Shown here: in pieces, positions 48,952 through 63,074 of the stretch
Layout of the letters: each line of letters opens with the position of its first letter
Position numbering within the stretch: the first letter of the stretch is position 1
Origin: Dimorphilus gyrociliatus
Lineage: Eukaryota; Animalia; Annelida
DNA length: 64,000 bases
Reading direction: 5' to 3'
NCBI GenBank assembly: GCA_904063045.1
Contig: CAJFCJ010000014.1
Coordinates: forward strand, 1,609,643 to 1,673,642
Translations under genes and position numbers: made by a program
The notes under the pieces: model-generated
What the model was told of the DNA's origin: nothing
The model's database searches: none
What the model saw: only the letters and a program-made list of their open reading frames with translations

Positions 48952-51088
48952 TTACACTGTTGAAATACTTAAGTACTGCTTACCACAAGTAGGCCTAGTA
49001 AAGAGAGGTTTATAATTTTGTCCTTTAGCTGGACCACCTAACCAATCACTTAAGGAGCCGAAAGACTTTTCGGACATATCTTCCGTTCTCTCACGCTTTC
49101 TGGATTTTTCAATTGACCTAGTTTTCTTCATATAGTCTTCCTCTATCGTTTCAATCATCTTTTTCATCATGGTATTTCTAAACGAAAAAATAAGACATAT
49201 AATAGCAAATAATATTCATTTTTAACTCGCAATAGTTGTTCATTTCCGAGAAACAGTGTTGCTATATAAAATTCAAGGCCATTGAAAAATTAATATACCC
49301 ACTTTACTTCACTTTTCGCCCAATTTTCTTTTAAAATTTCTACTATTCCTTTTAAGATTTCTTCATCAAAATTCCAATCAACTTCCTCGAATTCACAGTC
49401 AAAGAGCACTAAAGGGATCTCTATTATTGAAAAAAATACGACCTTGATTATTATTATTACGTCTAATGGAATTACAACATACCTGATGCTATATTATACT
49501 GAGGTTTACAAGGGTGCTTTTCAACATCCAACAATTCTTCTATTATCTAAAACAAATCGAAAATATCATATTAATATGATTGAAACAGGTCTATTTCAAC
49601 TTGATGGTAAAGTATATTTTATTTTAATCAACCTAAAACAATATTTGACTTAAATTTCAAATAAGAACCTTCGATAAACTTTCTTTTTCGAATAAGAAAT
49701 ATCTAACAAATAACGTTTCAAATAAATGAAATATCTTTAGATTTCGAATTAAAAATATATAAAACAAATGCGCTATAATTATAATTACAATAAAATTAAT
49801 AATTAGAAATCTAACCTTAGGGCTTTCCTTTCCAGATCCAATAAGTATTAAAATAGACACAATACAACGTATTTGATGCCATAAAAAAGCTTTTCCAATC
49901 ACAGTTAGCTCGCAAACCGAATATTTTTCATCTCTAGTTAATTCAATTTTAATTTGATTAGTATTCAATAAATAACGATTAATTTATTAACCTTTCGTAT
50001 AAAACTTTAATATCAACATAAGTTATACGCCTTGTGTAATTTGTCACATTGTTAGCTATATCCATTTTACATAGATTTCTAAAGTCGTGTTCACCTATCA
50101 GAAGAGATGACGCTTCCCTTATTGCCTATATAAAGTATTAGATAAAACTGATAAAAATCTTCCAAACAGCATACTCTTATGTACTTCAAATAGTACTGAA
50201 CGAATATTATACAATTACATATAATAACCAGCTTTCTTTCTTGATACATAATAAGTACATAAGTGTCTGCAATTTTATTACATACCTCAATAGAGAGATT
50301 GTCTTTCGGGAAAAAGTACTTATAGGTACGTTTTGTACAATTAAATCTTGCACTAAAATCTTCATCAACAGGACACCAAGCCAATGCTCTTATGTCTTTC
50401 GGTAGGACGCCATTTAACATTTTACAAAACGGTAACTCATTTTCTATTTTTATTTCTGTTTCTTCTCCCTTCAAATTAGATCTCACCTCTAAACTAATTA
50501 CTTGGCCAAAAGCGCTTACTCCTCTATCCGTTCTTCCACATCGATGGTAATTTGAAGTTTCTCTAAAGAATATAGAAGCGTTTCAGGACGTCAAAAATGT
50601 GGATAAGAAGGTTGTATATTTATTTTCTAAAACCCACATATACCTGGATTCAATTAATTTCGTTTTGGTCAATGCTGAAAAGAGATGACCTTCAATAGTA
50701 TTGCCGCTTTCTTCTTGGGATGCAAATCCGTGATAGTCCCATCCCAAATACATTATTTTCAGAGCAATTTTTCTCTTTCTAATCCTATAATAAAGTTTTA
50801 TAGTATTACTTTTTTTTTAATTTCAAGTAGAAAAGCTAACTTTTTGAAATCGAATGGCTTTCCTTTTCGATACTTTTTAGCTAATTTTCTATCCGGTTTT
50901 GATAGTACATTTCTTAGCTGCTGGACGTGAGCTTCTAGCTTACGTATACGCTTGATCAAAGCCTTAAAATTTAAATACTATTGTTATCACATCAATAAAT
51001 GTTTTTGATATATACTTCTTTACTTAGATCTTCTAAATTTGTAACTGGCTTTTCCATGTGAGTTTCTGAATTTGGCAAAACATTCCAT
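48952..51088 (-). CDS. PUS3: tRNA pseudouridine(38/39) synthase
   Basis: N-terminal coiled coil (ALIKRIRKLEAHVQQLRN), TIEGHLFSAL, YHRCGRTDRGVSAFGQV, LNGVLPKDIRALAW, FSARFNCTKRTYKYFFP, GKAFLWHQIRCIV. Multi-exon. Confidence 0.92.
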
Positions 51089-51506
51089 TTAGTCTTCATA
51101 ATTAGATGTAACATTGTTTTTAGAAATTCAAAATGGCTTCCTTCGCGTTTTTAATATACGCCATTTTTAGTAAAGTGCAAGCGGATCTTACACTTCAATC
51201 TCTACTTGTGACCTGTTCAGTCACAATATTGTGCAATTTTTGTTTTGCTTGTCAAGTGTATTCTTTCCGGTTTAAATAGGAAGACAACAATGATGAAAGG
51301 AAGAGACAATATCTATAAGCAAAGGTGATTTAGAAAGTTTCAATCACAAACATATTTGCATCAAATATCATCATACATTAAATAAGTTAGCATGCTTTTT
51401 TTGTAATAAAACCTTTACATCACTACTCATTTATTTATTGTAGTTTACAATTAGCGTTTCGTTTGAATTAAATAGAATAGAAACTGAATTACTGAACGTA
51501 AAAAGA

Positions 51507-53370
51507 CTAAAATTCATCGGGTAACTTTCTCATTCTGATTTTAAAGGTGTCTGGCTGAAGAATAATCCCCAATAGAAAAGATCTAGGATCGGCGCAAGTT
51601 TGATAATCAAAATTATCATTGTCATGGTAAATTTCAAAATTTTGCAGAAGAACTACAAAAAACATGAAAAGCCTCTCCTTAGCCAATGATTCACCTAAGC
51701 AATGGCGCTTTCCGGCCCCGAAAGGTAATAGATATTTATGGTTGATCAAAACTCCATTGGAAATAAATCGAGACGGCTTAAATGACCAAGGATTTGGAAA
51801 TATCTTTGGATTATGATGCATGGCCCAGAGATTTAGGATTATCTTATATTGAACAATAAAAATAAGTGAATCAGTTAATCTAGAAACTTTTTAACTCACT
51901 TCTGAATTTTTTGGAACGTAATATCCGGAAATTTCAGTATCTTCCAATGCCAAATGTGGTAAACTCAAAGGTACATGAGACAGATATCTTAATAGTTCTA
52001 AAACAGTTGCTTGAACATAAATCATTTTTTCTCTATTCAGAAATAAAATGTAAATAAGGTTAAAACAAGCATTTTGTAAACAAAATAAAATAATTACTTG
52101 TCTTGAATAGTTGGCCATTTCTTTTGAATAGCTGAATAAATTACTGTTCTTAATTTATCTTGTTCTTCCGGGTATACAGCCATTAGTAATAGAAATGAAT
52201 TCAGAGCAATAGACGTTGTGTAAGTTGCTGTTAAATCAATTAAGTTATCTCAATTAAGAGATGAAATAGCTTAACATTATGAGAAGAAACGAAATATTAC
52301 CTGATACGATTAAATCAAGAAAAATGCTTCGAACGTCATTCTTTTCTAATTGTGGATCATCTAAGAAATAATCGAGAAAACACTTAGGATTTCCCTTTTC
52401 CCATCTCGTTTGTACTTTCCTAAATTCAGTGTCAATCAGTTCGTCCATAATTGCCCTTCCTTCGGTTAATAGTGGCATATTAAACATAGGTAGATGGCGG
52501 AGAAGAGGAAAAATTTCCAGTTCAAATCCTCTAATAGGTGAGCAGATCTGACTGATACGGGATTTGAAAGAGGCAGTTAATCGACTTATATACTATTTTT
52601 GGTATAAGTCATAATTTTCTCCAATGTTATGACATGTCTCAACATTTACCTGAAAATCTCTGTTGCTTTCTTATACTTCTTCATAGGTTCGTCATCATAT
52701 CTGTAGGTGGTGTTTGTTGCCTAAACAGAAAGATTAGACGAAATTAAATGAATGTTATACATTTAGAAATTTTACTTACAGATTTTGCTACAATATTCAC
52801 GACAGCGGTTAAAACTAACAAAGCAGGATCGAAAGCAACGTTCTTTGAAGCGAATGTTTGAAAATTTTGTATCATATCATCCAATTCTTTTTTCGTATTC
52901 GCTTCAACAGACGTTAAGGTATTATCTTGAAATTTCCTTACTGCAGCTGCAGCCACTTTTTTCATGTAAGCCCATTTCTGAAGACCATCACCAAATATAA
53001 TATCTTTTTGGAAATGAAATCCGTAAGCAACTCTCCATATATGTGGTCTTCCACCCAGTTTACTATTATGCATTGCCTCATAAATAGATTCTGGTTCACT
53101 TATAACTAACATATCTTTACCCAACACCTTCATCCAATACATTGCACCGTATCTTTTGACAAATTTTGTCAAAGTTAAGTGAGGCCTGTTTACACTTATG
53201 AAAAATGTTCCAACAAAGGGTAAACCTCGAATATAATGCAAACCATACTTGACGTTCGGAAAAATTCGAAAGTATAAGTTTCTAACGCTCACAATTACGA
53301 TAATAACTAAGAACCACCATCCAAAAACTATAAATGGAAAGAATTTGTCAAATGTTGATGACGGTTGCAT
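51507..53370 (-). CDS. Cytochrome P450, clan 2 (CYP1/17/21-like)
   Basis: N-terminal TM anchor, GLPFVG, ELLRY (ExxR), FKPSRF (PERF), PFGAGKRHCLGE heme motif; several short introns. Confidence 0.92.
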
Positions 53371-54797
53371 GTCTGTATCAAAGGTTTTGACATCACAAAT
53401 TTTAAATCTCGTCCAATAGGACGCGCTGTATGCGAATTTATTAAAATTAACATCTGTAATTATACTCCATCTTTTGTTTTATGTAAATGGAATAACTATC
53501 CAAGAAATAGGATATACTCTCAACGAAAACTATTCTTTTAATTAAAAGAATTTTTAATTTATCCAAGCTGCTTGCCATCTTCCTATCTAAAAATATGACA
53601 CCTACTCAAGAGTAACCATTCCAGTCAACAGAGTATAAAAAATGTATCAATTATAATTTCAGCTTAATGAGAATTGTTTATTATAAACTACAAGATAAAA
53701 TTGAATTATTTAGCAAAGTTAGTTTTACGTATACTGTAAAATAGCCTTATGTATAGTTCAAATGAATAAAGTATGAGATAACGTATACATGTATTTGTAT
53801 AAATGAAACATGTGAATTGAATATATTAATAAATAATAAAAATTGAAAATAATAGACACGCTCATATTCTTTAAATTTCAGTTTACCACTGAGAATTAGA
53901 TAGCGGTGGCGCTAATAGACAAATTGAATTTCTCTGTATTTTCGTAATAGCTCTGAGTAACTTCCCTTGCGACTACAAGCTGACAAATGATAAGACTAAC
54001 ATATCAAATAGATGGATAAGTCTTTGGTTAGAGAATGACTTTAAAGTGAATATTTTGTAAAAGTATTTGCACATAATTCAATAGCTTATTTTATATTTAT
54101 AATTATTGTCGATCGTTTCTACATGCAATTTTTTTTATAATGCAGTCTTCTTTCTTTCCTTTCTCCCACCCTTTTCCTTTGCATCAGTATTAATGCGTGT
54201 TATTTTACACCCTTAGGGTATCTTCCTTGCTTTTCGAGTCCCGCCGAAGGTGTAGCAAGGAATAGAGATAACTAACAAGCTCGTATTTAGATTACAAACA
54301 CCATTCTCACAGCTTGACTCTTCCCTTCCATTTCCACCAATAAATTTCTATATAACTTAATTGTAATATCGTTTCGTCAGTTTAGACATATTGATAATAT
54401 CTCGTATATATTTTACCGGGAAATCATTGACTCTCTTTAAAAAGTCTAATGCAGAGAACTAATATATTTCGGCTTAATTTAAGATTAGTGGAGACTCTAT
54501 CAATAGAAGATTACTCTTAAACATATAGCAAATATAATATTTATTACGTTAGTATAGAATTTATAAATATGAGAGAAGAAAATTTGTTGAGAGTTTATTA
54601 TATTTGTAAAAAAAAAATGGCTGATTAATCAAAATGCTTTAAATATTTAAAGATTTTCCATGATAAAAGTTTCTTCACGATTGAATTTTGGTTTGTTTTT
54701 TTTTTTGATGTTTTTTTGTATTTGTAGAAAAAAAATCAATGAAATAAAGTAAAAGTGTTTTGATTGAAATTTTAGTCCTTTTATTATTATTTATTTA

Positions 54798-55471
54798 CTA
54801 TCTAGCACATTTCATCATCGACTCAAAGTCGTTATATGTTACACGTCCGTCTCCATCACTATCTATATGTCTGAAAGGTTGCAAATTAAATTAGATAGCG
54901 AATGGTATTATATTACACTACCTGAAAGCATTTTCTACTAATCGCTTGTTTAGGTTTGGCGCTACTTTAACAAATATAGAATAAACTTGGTCCAAAGTCA
55001 AAAATCCCCTTCTAGCATCGTCGAAACAAAGGAAAGATTGTCTAATATTTTCATCTTCGCTAAATTCTTTAAATTTAACAAGTACAGCATTTCTAAACCC
55101 ATTCTTGTTTAAACCTGTTTCTTAATTCAATAGAATACATAAATTATTACATTATATTAGTTTCATTTATCAAATGCGCTTTTCCTACCATGATCACTCC
55201 CATATCGTTCTATAAGACTATTAACTTCATACTGTTATATTGAACGCACAAAAGATTTAATATTAATTATAGAAGCATATGTATATTTACTTTTGATGGC
55301 TTGTAACCAAAAAGTGAACAAATTGCAAATTTTATTTCTAGCTGGGTTAGAAAACCTTTGGCATTTTCATCGTAGCTGCTAAATACCTAAAACATATTAC
55401 GTCATGACCTAATTGACGTTAAATGAGAGCGCGCGCACCTTGTCAATCAGCTTGTTGTTTTCTTCGTTCAT
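54798..55471 (-). CDS. EFCAB11: EF-hand calcium-binding domain-containing protein 11 (145 aa), absent from the ORF track
   Basis: Exons 55471-55439, 55386-55291, 55231-55189, 55114-54922, 54870-54798; sum 438 nt in frame. Protein MNEENNKLIDKVFSSYDENAKGFL...LFGYKPSK...FDDARRGFLTLDQ...VAPNL...IDSDGDGRVTYNDFE matches the EFCAB11 pattern. Confidence 0.85.
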
Positions 55472-55816
55472 GATGCAAGTTGAAACGCGCTCAGAAAAGC
55501 TCGAAAGAGTCTGCGTTGTTGGGAAAAAATTTTAATTAATTAGAACTTGTAGCTTTTATATAAACCAAAAACCCACTATTTTTCAATATGCGCATAAAGT
55601 TCTTGTCAAATGTAAAACGATAGTTTTATGAAAGATAAATACAGCGTTTGTTTACCCGTTTTCACAAAAGGCATACCTTATTATAATAATCAATATTGGT
55701 TGGCTGGGACGAGTCACGTGACGAGATAATTTTATGGCGAACAAAATGGCGGAATAGTAGTCTTTCTTTATTTTGCGTTGTCAAATTTCGTTAAATCGTC
55801 AGCCGCCAAATTCACA
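55472..55816. promoter_or_regulatory. Bidirectional promoter between EFCAB11 and FBXO11
   Basis: Starts 345 bp apart. Palindromic E-box GTCACGTGAC at 55713-55722, inverted CCAAT at 55695-55699, YY1-like CAAAATGGCGG at 55742-55752. Confidence 0.55.
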
Positions 55817-58800
55817 ATGTCGAGCTCATCATCAAGATCAATGCGTTTAAGTGTTCGCCGATCGAAAAGAAAGACTAAAAGAAGAACATCCTCACCACTA
55901 CCCGGTACAACAGGTAATGTTTTGGATGGTCGCGCATTGCTTCAACACGATCAGACAAATAGTTTTCGACTTTTTAAAAACTATTTAACAAAGATTATTA
56001 TTGTTTTTAACTTGCAATTATGCATCGATATATGCATTAGATTACACTTAAATAATGAAAGTAGTTTATTATGCGCAAGTGTCGATTCCATGACCCAAAT
56101 CAGTTTAAAAGAGTAACTTTTTTACTTCTCAAAATAGCCGCCCAAGCCAGACAACGCGATGGAGCAAGTAGTGACATTCGCTTCAGTTCAGCTCAACATT
56201 CATATGATTTACGGCGAAAGCCGAGTCATGCGTCTGTAACATCTTCATCTTCCTCCGAACATCTTTTTCCTTCACCGCCCAAACGTTCGAGAAAATCGAA
56301 AAGCTGCTCGCAGACGACGTCAACCAAGACGAAGTCGGGCGTTGGTGCTCGTTACTTGCAACACGAACTACCAGACGAAGTTCTACTGCATATCTTTTCT
56401 TACTTGCTCGAATTCGATTTATGTAGCGCTGCTGCCACTTGCAAACGTTTTTATACGATTGCACATGATGCTGAACTATGGAAGAACTTATACCAGGCAG
56501 TTTATGAATATGATTTACCAATTGTCAATCCAGAACCTAAAGTCTATCAATTCGTTCAACCGGTCGAAGGGTCCGGAAACAAGTGGAAGGAAAGCTTTAT
56601 AAAAATGGTAATTATCTCTCTTTTTAATATTTATTGCAAACTTCTGAAAGTATAGAATATTTATAAAACTTTTCATTTATTTGTTTATAATTAAGATTAA
56701 TTATTTCGCTTATTTATTTAATAGTATCGGTCCCTTCATGTACGTGTTGGTTATAAAGAAGAATATGATAATAACTCAGAAAGATATAGAGGCCGAAATA
56801 TATTATATTTCGACAAGATTGACGCCGCCCTTACATATGCTGAAGAAGAAACAGAAAATGCAACCATACTTGTTCACTCTGGTCATTATCCAGGAGAATA
56901 CCTTGTTATAGACTCCAATATAACACTGATTGGTGCTGGTAATATATCTTTTTAACTAGATTTGTCGAAGAAACGAATGTAATAATTATTTAATATTGTT
57001 CTTTATAGCCCCCGGTACTATAACCGAATATGTAATAATCGAAAGACCTAGTGAGTCAACGTTAACGTTCAGTGAAGGAGCGACTCACGCCTATTTAGGT
57101 TTTATAACATTGAAATTATCTCCTGACGTTGTTGCCGCCGTACCTCATCATAAACATTATGCCCTGGAAGTTACAGAAAACTGCTCACCAACAATTGATC
57201 ATTGCATAATACGCAGTACATCAGTAGTTGGTGCTGCGGTATGTGTGAGTGGTCAAAATGCTGACCCATTAATACGTTTCTGCGATATCAGTGATTGCGA
57301 AAATGTCGGCCTATTTATTACGGATCATGCTCAAGGAACATATGAAGATAACGAAATTTCTCGGAATGCTTTAGCTGGTGTATGGGTAAAAAATCATGCA
57401 AATCCAGTGATGAGGCGGAATCATATTCATCACGGTCGAGACGTCGGCATTTTCACATTCGATAACGGAATGGGTTATTTCGAAAATAATAATATTCATG
57501 ACAACCGAATAGCCGGTTTCGAAGTTAAAGCTGGTGCCAATCCTACAGTAGTACAGTGTGAAATCCATCACGGCCAAACTGGAGGAGTATATGTGCATGA
57601 GAACGGCAGGGGACAGTTCATCGAAAATAAGATACATTCCAATCAGTTCGCTGGTGTATGGGTAACATCTAATAGTGATCCAACAATATGCAAGAATGAT
57701 ATTTTTAACGGTCATCAGGGAGGAGTATATATTTTCGGTGAAGGAAGAGGACTAATTGAACACAATAATATATATGGTAATGCCCTTGCCGGAATTCAAA
57801 TTCGAACAAATAGCAATCCCTTAGTACGTCACAATAAAATACATCATGGACAACATGGAGGAATTTATGTACACGAAAAAGGATTAGGAATTATCGAAGA
57901 AAATGAAGTATATGCCAACACACTTGCAGGAGTATGGATAACAACAGGGTCTACTCCTACACTCAGACGTAATAGGATACATTCTGGGAAGCAGGTGGGT
58001 GTTTATTTTTACGATAACGGTCACGGAGTCCTAGAGGATAATGACATATTTAATCACTTGTATTCTGGTGTTCAAATACGAACTGGTTCGAATCCATCAA
58101 TTCGGCGAAATAAAATATGGGGTGGACAAAATGGAGGTATACTTGTCTATAACTCTGGTTTAGGAGTAATCGAACACAACGAAATTTTCGATAACGCTAT
58201 GGCCGGTGTATGGATAAAAACCGATAGCAATCCAACTCTTCGATATAATAAAATTCATGACGGCCGCGATGGTGGTGTTTGTATCTTTAATAGTGGTCGA
58301 GGAGTATTAGAATATAATGATATCTTTCGCAATGCTCAAGCTGGAGTCTTAATTTCGACACAATCACATCCGACTCTCAAAGGGAATCGAATTTTCGACG
58401 GTCAAGCGGCAGGTGTTGAAATAACAAACAATGCTACCGCCACACTTCAAGCCAATCATATTTTCAACAATAAGTTTGGCGGTTTGTGCCTTGCGTCTGG
58501 TGTTAAACCGGTTTTATCGGATAACAAAATTTACGACAACCACAATATGGTCCATAAAGCCGTTTCGACTGGACAATGCTTATATAAGATATCCAGTTAT
58601 ACAAGCTTCCCCATGCACGATTTCTTTCGGTTTGTTTTTGTTTAATCTTACCTTATTCAAGCTGTATTTAATATCTTTTCATATCGCAGGTGTAAAACAT
58701 GTAACACGACAGATAGGAACGCAATATGCATCAACTGCATAAACACATGTCACGCCAACCACGACATCGAATTCATTAGACATGACAGGTGAAGGCTGCT

Positions 58801-59132
58801 TTTTTTAATTTATGATATATATTGATATAGGCGGTATGCGTTGAGATCTACATACTGTATATATATATATTTATTTCATACTATTATATACATGCATTCT
58901 TTTATTTATTTATTTCATACATTTATGTATTTACATACCTAATTTGTATTTTAAATAGTTTTAATTTTGTTCAAATCATAACGTCTATTCTTAATTATTT
59001 AGGTTTTTCTGCGACTGTGGCGCCGGAACTCTTAATAACCAATGCAAATTACAAGGTGAACCTACGCCTGATACAGATACACTGTATGATTCTGCGGCCC
59101 CTATGGAGTCTCATACGTTGATGGTGAATTAA
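55817..59132 (+). CDS. FBXO11: F-box only protein 11
   Basis: F-box ([19 protein letters not shown]), long parallel beta-helix CASH repeats ([15 protein letters not shown]...), UBR-type zinc finger (CYCRCKTC..TDRNAIC..C...[20 protein letters not shown], split by introns), conserved end [15 protein letters not shown]. Confidence 0.95.
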
Positions 59133-59685
59133 GTGTATAAATATGCCTCGGTCGACGATCTGCCTGCCATTTCTATTTTTTTTAAGAAAAAAGAAAAATG
59201 CTTCTGTTTTTTGCGTGGCGTGAGGATTTTTTTCTCTTTCGAAATTCAGTGACTGCCCTCATCTGCTACGTGACCATCTTTGTATTATTCTCACCGTAGT
59301 CTAGAATAATGTGTTTAGGCTCTAAAATTATATTATTTGTCGTAATTCTTTTGTGATACGAGTTCAATGAAGTGTGAAATTGTAGGATATGTTTCGTTAG
59401 CGAGTATAATTTGATATTTTTTTTTCCATCCCAAGAAGAATTTCGTCAAAAAAAAAAAAGATGTTTGAAATGCAATAATCTTGTTTACGAGTGTTAAAAA
59501 AATAATTTATTTAGATTTTCAATTTTGGTTGCTAGACGTTGAAGAAAAAAGAACTCGCTGTGTACAGCATGTATTATTTATTTCCTTTTACATGTGTATG
59601 CAACTGTTTTGCTTTTCGTACAAACAATTGATACAATCATGCCATATTCAATTTAGAAAATGTTAAATAAAATATTTAACCAGTT

Positions 59686-60777
59686 CTACATCTCGTCTAG
59701 ATCAAAATCTTCTTCTGGAAAGTCGCCCACAGTTACTTGATTAGGCTTTACGAAACTTCCGTACTTGTTTGGACATTCGAAATACCTATGCCCGCCCACG
59801 CTAAACAGATAAAAACATTATTTAACAAAAGGTTGCTACCAACATCCTACATTTAGTCAGGCGCTTACGAAAGTGATTATTTTGTTATTACGTAATACCT
59901 TCCGTCGTTTTTGCCGTGAGGCTCATCGTATTGAACTCCTACCCAAAACCCTTCCTTAAATTTCGTTTTCCCAACATATCTGACAGTTCCTCGACGAGTT
60001 GGCATACCAGCTGTACGTACCTCACATCTAGAAACCAGTTTCAACTCGATTACTATACAGTCATTTCCGGTCGACAATAGAATAAATACCTATCGCCTGT
60101 TTTTATGCGGTCAGCTGCCGCCTGTTCCTCAGCCAACTTCCTTTTCTCTTCTTCCTCCCTTTCCTTTTCATCGACCATGTGTGTGTCCGAAAATCTACCC
60201 AATTTATTTCGTAGTTTGAAAGCCTTAACCGAATCTGATCTTTTATTATAGTCATCTGTTGACATTTCAAATTTTGGAACGGCGCTTGTATCCTCAAATT
60301 CTCCTACACGAGTACTTTTATCTTCAACCTTTGAAAATACACAAAATACGAATTTTTGATGTCTCCATACTCTTTTATATCAAATATAATACATGGTATA
60401 TTTACAATTAGATAATATTATGTAATAAAAAGAGAAACGCACGTGCAAGATCATACCGTCATCAATATGAAACGAACCCAGAAGTGCATCATTATTATCT
60501 AACGAACAAACTATTTTTTCCTCTTTTGTTTTTACTACAATGGTCATTGTGTGCATAGAGCCTCCCGTTAATAATTCCATCTTTTGCTAATTGAGAATAA
60601 GCGGTTATTGGATATTTATTTAAGTATTTAAGCGCGTTCGCTTACTTTCAATTCTAACACAGTCATTCCTCTGTCAAATCTTCTTTCCGACATAAAAGAA
60701 TTGAAATTACTCGTAACAAAAACATTTACAAATTGTTTGCCTGATTCTATTAGATTTATATCACTGGCTGTTGCCAT
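59686..60777 (-). CDS. TBCB: Tubulin-folding cofactor B
   Basis: UBL domain ([25 protein letters not shown]|QKMELLTG), [23 protein letters not shown]-Gly ([30 protein letters not shown]; [14 protein letters not shown]), end DLDEM*. Confidence 0.95.
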
Positions 60778-60968
60778 ATTTTCCCGTTAAAATTGATTTC
60801 AAAGAGGCTAAGTAGATTAAGCAAGAAACGGAAGTTAAAGTAATAAGTTTATTTTCGTATTTCAAATTATTTCTTTTAAAAATATTATTTTATACCAATT
60901 GAAATAAATAGAGATTGTTCCCTTATTTATTATGAAATACATAATAATTTACGAAAGAATTGTTTGAT

Positions 60969-60998
60969 AGTACCATAGCAACGTAGTTACTAGGTTAT
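60969..60998. promoter_or_regulatory. RFX X-box-like motifs just upstream of enkurin, in the 230-bp TBCB/ENKUR bidirectional promoter
   Basis: AGTACCATAGCAAC at 60969-60982, followed by GTTACTAGGTTAT; ETS-like ACGGAAGT near 60828. Enkurin is a ciliary gene. Confidence 0.55.
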
Positions 60999-61007
60999 GA
61001 TGTGAAA

Positions 61008-62465
61008 ATGGATCAAGAAGAGAATATATACAATTTGATTCCTCGAGAATATATCAGGCCTCCAAAGCCACCAAGGTTTATAAAATTAAATAATTAATTA
61101 TTTGGAGAGTAATATACCCAAAATCAATTTCAGATATACATCTAAGTTTAAGAGTGAGGCTAAAGATGATATTATCGGCGGTAAACAAGCCCAAAAAACG
61201 ATGGGACCACCTAAAGAAGTCGTTAGGCAGCCAGCTGAATTTCTAAAAAAGAATGAGAAACATCCTCCTCTACCTGAAAGTAAGTTGAGAGATATTGTTT
61301 ACCTTTGTTTATAGTAATTGAGGCAATATGTACATTAGAAAAAGAATTCAAGTATCCCGACTCTGATAAGAGAAAGCCGAAGATTCCACCTACCGATGAA
61401 AAGCCAGTTATGGGAATGAGAACGACTAAGAATTTTATAACTCAAAATGCCGTCCAAAATATTATGTCTGTTGCTAAAAGACCCGAAAAGAATTATGTTG
61501 ATACTAGGAAAGGAGATGCTCATGCCCTTCCCCCATCGGGCTTAGAGCCTAAATTCATCAATAGAAAGGTACAACAATGGTCACTCTAATAAATATTTAC
61601 CTTAACTTACGTAATTTTTATCTTTAAAGGATTATGGTGAAGTACCCGTCTATCTACACAAAAGAAAAGAAGATATGGAAAGGGCTCAACAGGAATACAA
61701 CGCCTACGTTGCCGAACATTTTCGAAGAGGAGCTATGGAACAACTATCAGACGAAATTCGTCAACATATCATCGATGGCCTTAAAGCTAATTGGGAAGAG
61801 ATTCATCGCGAATTTCAGGTAATAAATTAGTCAATTATTTATAAAACTAATTTAATAGATAACAAAAAAGCGAAAAAGCTAAAGATTAGGCATTGTTTCA
61901 TCCACTAGATGGCTTTAGCTATATTGGTGAATATCTAAAATTTATCACTAGTCAATCCCTAAAGAATGGAATAGCATGAATTCAAATATAAAAAGGATTT
62001 ATCGCTTACGTAATTAACATCAAAGCTGAATAAATGGGCCGAACTTTACTTTAAACATACATACGTTGTTATTTTGTTAACTTTGTGTCTTAAACATTGT
62101 ACTATACAGGAAAATGTATATTTACTTTACATTATACCTGTAGTATTAATAATAATTTAGATAAGCGACAATTAACGACAGTAGATAGCAATTCGCTTTA
62201 GTAAGATATTTAGATCATGTGGCCTTATTCTCCCAGAGTTTTTCATACCATTATGAAACATTATTCGATCGATTACAATTTAAATTGATCGAATTTCCTA
62301 AAATACAATATTTTCATTAATGATATATTTTCGCAGGGCTTGTCCGTTATGACTGATACCATACCGAAGAAAAGTAGAAAAGAGAGGATGGAAGCAGAAA
62401 TGGCACAGTTAGAGAAAGATATTGAACTAATGGAAAAACATCCAGTAATCTTTATTGCTAATTAA
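61008..62465 (+). CDS. ENKUR: Enkurin
   Basis: MDQEENIYNLIPRE, RYTSKFK, KTMGPPK, P.EFLKK, KNFITQNAV.NI, GLEPKF...DYGEVP.YL, GLKANWEE.HREFQGLSV.TDT..KK.RKE.ME..M.QLEKDI...EKH. Confidence 0.93.
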
Positions 62466-63056
62466 ATTATATCTAATTATAATAATTAATTATTTGGATT
62501 TCTTTATTTATTTTACTTTATCTGACAAATACAGTATATAAATAGAAAAGTATATTTTACGAAATCCTTCTTTATTTGACCAATTAAAAAGCTTTAGAAG
62601 AAAGTTACGTACTGGAATGATATTTACACGTCTCATTCTTATATAAGGAATTTTTTAAACCTTTGACTTTATCATATTAGTAATAGTTTAAATATATATA
62701 TCAAAGGTTAACGAAAGGTAAATTTTCCTACCATGTGAAATTTAGTATTACCCTTTAGAACTTTTTGCTGTCTACTTTGCAATGAAAGTTTTAGATTTAT
62801 GTCAAACTAAGCCTATAAACATTCGGCTAGCGAAACCAAAAATCTGAGGCCAAGTTATATAAATATTAGAACCAACGCTCTTACGAATTGCGCTCTTCAA
62901 TTTGTTAGAGTTACTATGAATCACTGAGTTAATTGTATACTATCCGCGAAAATATCACCTAAAATGAAACAGAAATGAGAGATAGATAGGGAGAGACTAA
63001 CAGACAGGCAAAAAAAAGTCATGTTGACCGTTACCCTTTCTCTCGCTATCTATTTG

Positions 63057-63074
63057 TCTATCTATCTATCTATC
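63057..63074. repeat. (TCTA)n microsatellite
   Basis: Direct reading of the sequence. Confidence 0.8.
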
